A DNA stretch of 55,196 nucleotides, the filler included, from Sphacelaria rigidula (Eukaryota), in the NCBI GenBank assembly GCA_964200075.2. It is 3 parts of 3 records of this genome, joined end to end, with 100 filler letters (N's around TTAATTAATTAA, not from the genome) between each part and the next. Parts side by side here need not be neighbours in the genome. Positions count along the whole stretch, not along the records: positions 36,866 to 55,196 come from CAXNAA020000873.1; 2 more parts are not named here. One strand, written 5' to 3'. Made by a program: the position numbers and the translations under genes. The notes beneath the pieces are model-generated. The model was not told where the DNA came from, did not search any database, and was given only the letters and a program-made list of their open reading frames with translations. Below are positions 47,275-55,196 of this stretch, one piece after another (position 1 is the stretch's first letter; each line of letters starts with the position of its first letter).

Positions 47275-49275
47275 TCTTTTTGTTTCGTCCGTCATTGAGG
47301 TCATATATTATGCAGTTCATATATATATATATATATATATATTTCATTCAGCGGCGGTGCCGTCGTTACCAGATTGGTTTGCACTTCAGAGTGATATGCT
47401 TGCATCGGGTTCATTCGAGAAACTAGGAAGGCTGTGGTGTGAGTAAGTTTTAGCCGCTTTTAAGCTGGCCCAGTTCGTACTCCGCCAAACCTTTTTTGCA
47501 CGGGAGTTCCCAGGGCCAGTACGTTTCGTCCATGTCTCCCTCATTCCGAAAAATGATAGCGCAGGTGACTTCTGTTGGTGTTAGCACGGCGGTATTCAGA
47601 CGCCGCCCGGGTACAGTTTTTACGGAAGTCAAGTCAAGTGGGACTTGAAGCCATCTTCTCCCGACACAGAATCGAACTTCAACCAAGGTGTCTCACTAAA
47701 GAGGTATAAGTGAATCCGGCAAATCCTGGGAATAGAACGTTGATGATCTCAAGGGTACATGTGTTGCCTCTGTGAGATACGAAGTGGTGTGGCAGGATAT
47801 CACCAATCCCACGCAGCACCAAAGCAGCGACAAATCCCGACGTCTCTCGCCCCATGCAACCCCATTTTCTTCCAAGTGCTGACTACACTTGATCCTTCAT
47901 ATGTGCTGTGCATTTCAATCGTTTTCACAATCGGTCACATTCGCCGTGTGTGTCCTATTTTGCCCATGAGACATGGGCATTGAGTTTGCAGCCTACAGCC
48001 CTGAAACCTGCGATAATCGCGACCATCTCTGGAGATGCATCAGCGTTCAAAAATGTAAAAAAAGCGAATGAACGGCGGGCGCAACACCGTCTTTTTGTCA
48101 GTCGTAACCGCTGGAAGGGTGAATACCTGCTCAACCTTCCCGTGCCCCACCCTGTGCTGATACTATACGAACGTGGTATTGACACTGTGCGTTTTCACCT
48201 TCCCGTGGTACTAGGTCAATGAGGTCAGCAGAGGGTGGAGGGCAAGCAGCCAGCGACAAAGAACGGGCCGATCATACCACGTTTGTACAGAAAAATGGGA
48301 GATGTAGGGAGAACATGTCCCCATGCGATAATGAAACAATTCCGCAGAGAGGCGAACAGAAACAAAACACGGATAAAGTGCTCCGACGACCTGGATCCTT
48401 CGCTATGTAAGTTTTACTTGCTTGTTGTGCGGAAAACATTTCAAACCTCGCAGGGTTCGTGTATCATTTAATTTCAGATAAACAAATGTGTGCGAACTCT
48501 CCTCTGAAGCGGGCTACCCCTCCGTGGACACAACCAATGCTCAACCCGTCGAATTTGTTCATACTAACGAGCAGCTGGGGGTTCAGGTTAGCCGAAAGTA
48601 CGTCACAAATACAATACGCAGCAATGACAAAGCCTTCCACTCTGACTTACCTCCTTCTTCCACGGCTGGCCGATGCGTGATGGGGAGCACAAGCCGCCCG
48701 CAACGACGGCACACAAACTGGTGAACACCTGGCGTCGGAAGGCACATATCTCTGTTAATATGCTGCACTGTTCTGCACGTGCTGTACACTCGTTTTTCGC
48801 CACCACTCTCTGCTTCCGAGCTAGAACGACGTCAGTCGATGATACAGTTCGACGCAGAATGGCATATGACACTACCGTGCGGTGCGGTGGCTGCGCTGCG
48901 CTTCAAAACCACTGTTGTACTGCACTGCCCTGACGGGTGTGGTATGTATGGAATACTTGCGGTCTTTCAAGACTCCACAACCTGCGTGGTTGATTGTCAG
49001 TATATGCATCACCATCTGCACCCACCACCAGTCAGCAGAACGCGCTTCTGGTCGTTCGTGACGCCGGGGCCTTACACGGTTTACACCATCACCCCCGTTT
49101 CATCACGACCGAGCCTGCCGAAGATATGTTTTCTTGGCGAGTTGCCAGCGCGGAGGCGATTTGATCCTTACACCTACGTTGTGGACGATTTACACGTTTC
49201 CATACATGTCCTGGTCTCGGCTCGAGCTTTGGCGCATATACCTCGAGGTTTTCGACACAACAGTGCCAACAACAA

Positions 49276-49352
49276 ATATATATATATGTACAATACAAAA
49301 GGTTCCCCTTCGGGAGATCGGAACTGACCTCCCGGGGGTGACGCAAGTCGAA
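49276..49352 (-). repeat. Inverted copy of the 38364-38430 repeat
   Basis: AAGGTTCCCCTTCGGGAGATCGGAACTGACCTCCCGGGGGTGACGCAAGTCGA. Confidence 0.75.
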
Positions 49353-49922
49353 AATATATCAGTGTTATACCTTTTCCATATTATGGAGGCATTTGTGTGG
49401 GGGAATATGTACCTTCCAGTAGATACTGTTATATTCAGCAGTTTCAACTGTCTAGACCAAGAGTGGAGATCATCACGGGGAGAGGGGTGGGCACTTCCAG
49501 CATGAAGAGCTCGCTTCACGGGCGGTGTGCGGAGGTGGAAAAGGCACAATCACGCTCGAGATCCGTCACAGCAAACATCGCAAGTGATTGCTACTGAAAA
49601 AAGGTGGCGTCCCGATAGTACACGGCGAACTTGTGCAGGGTTCTTTACATGCCCGCCCCACCCTGCGCGCACGGATTTGATATCACACTTGTATACAGTA
49701 TATATGTATGGTACTGCTTGTTGTCTGTATGTACGTGGTGTACCACTCCTCGCTCCGCCACATCTAGTACAGCGGTCGGTGTTGCAGCGAAGCGTGCATT
49801 TGCCCTAGGTGGCGCACGCAGGAGTAATAGGCTGCCTCTGCCGCTATAATTCCTGCCTGTATCTTGAGCGGAGCTGTATGGTAACACAGCCGCTATGAGG
49901 CGCAAGCCGGCTGTAAATATTC

Positions 49923-51343
49923 CACACCCTGGACGATACAACATGTAATGTATATTGCCCGCTCAATAAGTGTACGCGTCGGGTGGTCGATATACATCGA
50001 ACGAGCAATATGATGGCACGAGAGAGGGTCAATATATATTGGGCAAGAAATATGTCAAGGCTCGCGACATGCAATACATATCGACCGGACAATATCTCAC
50101 GACACGCGCCACCTCAATGTATATTGGCCGAGTAATATGTTGGTGCGAGAAGGCACCAATATATATTTGTCGAGTAATATATTGGCTGTCACACGAGGTC
50201 AACATAGATTGATGACTCAATACGCACAACATCCCAAGCGCCAATATATATTGCCGCCCCAATATGTCGTGCGTCAATGCGTCCAATATATATTGGGCGG
50301 ACAATACACGAGGGAATGGATGGTCACAATAAATATTGATATGGAAATATATTTTGAGTTTCAACATGTCGATTGCAAAGTGTATTGGAATTGGTGAGGT
50401 GGGCAACTCTATGTTCGCGGGCGACATTGAAAGATGCATCATGACATGCCGAAAACGCTCAATGCATTCCTCCGCGAGTGTGTTCATTATATATTGGCTG
50501 CACAGTAGCTATGCGATGAGCGTGCGCAATATATATGTTGGAAAAACAATACTTTTGCATGGTTTGCGTTCAATAAATATTATGGTAACAATATGTTACG
50601 CATCGCTTCGACTCAATATGTATTGACACTTCAATACATGCACGGCCGGCATTCACAATATATATTGAATGTTTTATTCCCGGAGCAAAGGTACGTCCAA
50701 TATATATTGTCATACATTACTTCATGATCATGACAGGAGCAATATATATTGTCGCTCCAATGTCTCCGGGGACATTTCAAAACAATACATATTGAAAGGA
50801 CAATATTTGCGCTGGCTCCAACACAAAGTATTGGTATCATATTGGAACATATTGTATTGTCCAGGGTGTAGGCAACACAGCCCCGGTGACCACAGGGGTA
50901 CCAAAAGGCACATATCGACCCGCGTTTTCTGTCATCGTGGTGTTTAGCCAAGATATTTATATTGCATGCTGGGACGGTGATGGGTGACCCCGCACGGGTG
51001 GCCACTTAGGTATCAGGAGGCATTTACACCAGGTCGCCTCTTCTGTCACCATACTTTCAAACTAGTACGTATATGTATATATATATGTGTCAAACGCATT
51101 CGACTACTCTACATAGTAATGCACGCGAACTTCTGCGGCTCCCTTTGAAGCTTTCCCCAATCTGCCCCAATATATATATGGGTGGGACAATATGTGTTCA
51201 ACCCCAGAGCACCAATGTATATTGGGCGCGCAATACGTGTGCATTCCAAGGGTACCAATATATATTACGCCGGCAATATATCCGGAAGTTCCAGTATGAT
51301 CGACTAATTCATATCGGGGACATATTGTATTGTCCAGGGTGTG
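49923..51343. mobile_element. 1.42-kb non-autonomous TIR element of the CACACCCTGGAC family, CAATAT-rich interior
   Basis: CACACCCTGGACGATACAACATGT ... ACATATTGTATTGTCCAGGGTGTG; flanks AAATATTC / AACTATTC (7 of 8 match). Confidence 0.82.
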
Positions 51344-51539
51344 AACTATTCATACCGCGTGGAGATTTCTACACCGTATCGAAGTGATACTGCGCGCAGT
51401 TCCCACTGCGAGTATTGCGCACATCGTAGTAAGCAATCGCTTCCATACTGTGCACAGTACATTCTTCTTATTGGTATACTGACTGTAGAAAAAAAGCTTT
51501 TGTCCAGGGTGCAATACATTTCCACACATATTAGGCGGT

Positions 51540-52560
51540 GAGATCGTGAAATAATCCACACCACATGGCCGAAGTAGAAGTGAGGCAATCATCGAAATAT
51601 TCACGTGCAAAGCCTTCGCGGCCGAACTCCAAGTTGGCAACGCTAGAAGAACAACAGCGCAACCACCATCCCGGCTGCCGGCCTGTTTGCACGGCCATCC
51701 CGGTAGTGATGGGACTGTCTGCACCGGGATGTCGCCCCCGGTGCCAGGTACGCCGGGAAAGGGCCCGTGGCACTACCCACTGGTCGCGCGACAGGAGCTT
51801 AACCTTCGCCTGTCGAGATTTTTAAGCGTAGATGTTTAGCTCCCAACCCTCACATATATAGCGGACCATAGAAGATGCTTGTTCGCTGGGTTTCTTCGAG
51901 CGTTCATCCATAACTGGGCAAAGATTGATGATGAGGCCGGCAGGATCCATCGCAGTCTGCGTGCTCAACCGTTACTGTACCCACTATCGTCGTCATTAGA
52001 CAGCAGGGTGCCGAAAAAATATATATCACGCACCGTGGATATCCACCGTATCAATGCAGACCGGGCCATCAGCAACTTCCTCTGCTGCAGCTGTGACTGT
52101 GACACTTTCCTCTGATACCAATCCACACATTCTACGATCATCTTCAACATGCTTTTGTGGACTGCTGGGTTCGCATAACTGGGACCCACATTACGCAAAT
52201 ATGACGATGACAGAGGCTTCACGTCAAAAGTAGATAATAAGGGATCTCAGATCATTCTACTTGTGTTTGCTGCTGACTAACGCCAAGGCAATGTTCAACT
52301 GCTTTCATCTGCTTTGCATTCATGTTCTCGTGACATTCGCTGCATAACCGCTGTCTTCGTGCTCCCAAATCAACGAGAACGAAAAGAAAAACACGGTCAA
52401 AAAATACCCCGCCATGAACGGGCTTTTGTGATTCGGGGTCGTGTTTGCAGTTTGCACCAACTTGAAAAAGCTTTCGTGGTTCGGGAGCGACACCCAGCGA
52501 ACAAGTGCCAGTTTGGGCGACTTTCGGTGATCAGAACACGAGCCACAGGTATCACATAAC
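51540..52560 (-). mobile_element. Decayed hAT-like transposase remnant
   Basis: Fragments in hAT order: YLWLVF..GTCSL..CKH (BED-finger-like), YLRNVGPSYANP..KSMLKMIVE..GPVCIDTVD (first Asp region), SSVANL..AAKALHVN..CL.H.FGHVV (second Asp and CxxH, read across frameshifts). Confidence 0.45.
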
Positions 52561-53936
52561 ACCCAGACCTGTACGGTAATGTACCGCTGCGCCTTCTTCG
52601 TGCGCTGCAAAATAAAGCGCGGGAAAATGCCTTGCTGCCGGAGAAAACCCGGCGGAAGCGGTGAAAAGTGTAAAACGATACATGTGCATATATTCCAGAG
52701 TTCCCCCATCATACTTAAAAATGCCCGCACTTGGCACTGTTCAAGAATAATTGCACTTTCGAACATATTTTTTCCTTGTCCAGTTCTCGACCATGGAGAA
52801 ACTGACCCTCGTGGAACCTCATGTTCTAGTCTCGCAGAACACAGGCAACATGTGTGCAGAACACGACCTTTCAGAATGCGAGCATTCGAGAAAAGTTTCC
52901 ACGGGGTTCGGCCATACCGTCGATATGCCCTCAGAACGGATCTCGCGGCGCAGATTCTGTGCACTGTGAGTGGATGCATATGTGAACAGGGTGGTGCACT
53001 CATTCTCACGTCGTGAGCACATGCGGAGGGTGCAGTTCTGGCAACCAAACACAGATCAGCACCGGCACACTCTGTGAATAATGACACTTCGTAAACAAGT
53101 AGTTGTGGAATCGCCTGTAGAGATGCTCAGCGCGAGAGGCACGGTCGCACGCGCAATGTCGTCGCTGCAAGGCGCGAAAGCTTCGGCCACATGTCCTATT
53201 AACCACCACCAACAAGCCCATGTGTCTCCATCCGGGTTGGGAGTTGTAAGACCGATTTGTATGGCAGTCGCGAAAACGGATCTGTACGCAGATCAAGGTA
53301 CCTCACATCCGGAAACGCGTTCGTTGTATGGACCCCATATTTAGCCCAAATCGGGGAAGCTCAGATTTGTTTGTCACGATTTAAGACCGGTTTTACACGA
53401 ACCTGAGCGGACATCCGTGGAAAATCGAGGTCCCCCGAATCTGTAGCAACTGGCGTACGTATGTCGACGTACACTGATGGGGCAACAGGTGTTTGGTATT
53501 TTTGCAACAATAGCAGACAGTCTCGTGACAGCACAGACAGTGCCTGCGAGCGCCGGCTGTTGCAGCAGCTCCGCACGGGGTTTGACAAGCGGATAAGCAG
53601 TGTTGGCGCCGTATTCTGCGGTGATGGCAAAATTTAATGCTGCACTGTGCTGCTGTATGTATCATCATAACGAACGGTACGATGCTATCCTATACTCTAC
53701 TGTCGCGGTTGTTGCAGGGTGATGAATGACACTGCATTCGTGAACTCTTGCCGCACACTGTGTACTGTTCTCGCAATACCGACTGTACCATCATGTACTA
53801 CCACACGGCATTACCGTGTACTGTGATTGTGCAGTGTGCTTCACGACATTGCAGGGTACCACGGTACGACGCTGCTCTTGAAGGATGATTCCCTGCCTGC
53901 CTGTTCTTCCTTCGGCATCACTGTGATACCACACCC

Positions 53937-54952
53937 GCCTAGAAATGGCCGTTCGTGTACAGAACAATTTCAACACATCTGTCGAGCCATACAGGGGTAC
54001 ACACGAATCTAGGTCCCTGCGATCTGGCACAGAGTCTTGTCCCGCCAGATTCGGGATTGGCTGCCATACAACTTGGTCGAAGGGCCTGTCTTGTGGCCTG
54101 TCTTAGCACTTTTGTTTCGATCGAAAAAATGAGGCGGTGGAACCGATCCGAGCGAACATTTTTTGTTTTGATGCAGTTGGGTCCGGATGGATTTTCAAGC
54201 TTTCGATCCAAAAGATACAGTGAAAAGCGTGAAACGGCACATGGTCACTCGTGTTCGGTACAGACAGTCTGGACTGTCTACAGTGCTTCCAAGCAGGGTG
54301 TGTTGAGTGTGTGTGTGTGTTTCGTGGAGGACGATACAAAGGAGAAGTAGGCAACGTGCAGTGCAGACAGCCTTGAACTATTCATTTTTTCTCTCTGCTT
54401 ACAATGCGATGTGAAAATAACTTCAGCAACGTGCAGCTTTGTACTGCCTGCATTGTCCATGAGCGTGCACGCAACTCGGTTGCCCACCGTACCAGTTCCG
54501 CCCCTGATGCCTACCATGAGAGAAGATGCGCAAGTTTTCGCCAACAACAAATAAACAGAGCACACGCGACTACTGCAGTGTATCTATCCCTGTGCTCAAC
54601 TCGTGCTCTATGCTGCAGGGTTGCGGTGGCAGCTGAGAATGAGTTGATGGAGTTTGCATGGTACTGTGAGCAGATGTTATTTGGCGTGGTGGTCTGTGAG
54701 ATAGGAGTCAAATGCCGCTTCGTGCCTTTCGACCGCATGTTTTCGATCGAAAACGATTGTTTTTTCCCTCGTTGCATTCTTTTCCGCGCGCCGCTAAGGC
54801 CGCTTCTTATAGACTGAAATTTTTTTCTGATCAAAGTCATTTTGGACGTATTTTATCAGAGACTTCCTCCAGAAAAATCAGTTTTCAAAACCCCACCTTG
54901 TAGTCTACGAAAACATCCTGGGGCTTTGTACACCCGAGGCCATCATCTAGCC
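53937..54952. repeat. Diverged ~1-kb inverted-repeat (foldback-like) element
   Basis: GCCTAGAAATGGCCGTTCGTGTACA pairs with TGTACACCCGAGGCCATCATCTAGCC. The TTTCGATCCAAAAG..GAAACGGCA block pairs with TGCCGCTTCG..TTTTCGATCGAAA. Confidence 0.4.
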
Positions 54953-55196
54953 TGCGTGCCACGCTGGTAGTGGTCATCGTTTCCATTTTGTGCTTGCGCC
55001 ACCTGCGGCAGCCTGTGGTAAACCAACACATGAATAATCCCATCAATTACAGCATAGGTGGGATGGCAACACACACGCACACACGCACACACAATTACAC
55101 ACACGAACACGCACAGTAGCTACTGGTATAGTAGGGATCGAAATGATGGGCGTATCAACCTTTACTTCAGCCGATCGCCGCTTGGTACAGTAGTCG

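Noticed and set aside
38364..49352. 11-kb transposon bounded by the two inverted 65-bp repeats
   Set aside because: No TSD or coherent interior; independent insertions of a short repeat are simpler.
52320..53087. 255-aa ORF as a host gene
   Set aside because: Cys/Arg-rich random-like composition, no domain, and it overlaps a TE relic.

Overview
Eukaryotic, repeat-rich DNA, most consistent with a brown alga (Phaeophyceae); the taxon is inferred from intron style and repeat landscape, not proven. The window is not one locus. It is three unplaced contigs (1-18333, 18434-36765, 36866-55196; 18333/18332/18331 bp) joined by artificial 100-nt N44-TTAATTAATTAA-N44 linkers. Only the middle contig has host genes, arranged head-to-head: a complete five-exon UBE2H/Ubc8-type E2 gene (+, 340 aa, long acidic low-complexity tail) and the 5' part of a MEKK/STE11/NPK1-like kinase (-) whose probable start MGASAS fits an N-myristoylation motif. 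Everything else is decayed or non-autonomous transposable DNA: an RTE-like LINE, MULE- and hAT-like transposase remnants, a tRNA-derived SINE, and several MITE families with readable TIRs and TSDs. I found no convincing new multi-gene system. The best leads are a TIR-less element bounded by TTG(A/G)AAG with an empty site visible in this window, a CACACCCTGGACAAT-TIR family with apparent target preference, C-tailed modules that stack in tandem, and the kinase/E2 divergent pair. Most ORFs in the six-frame track are spurious.
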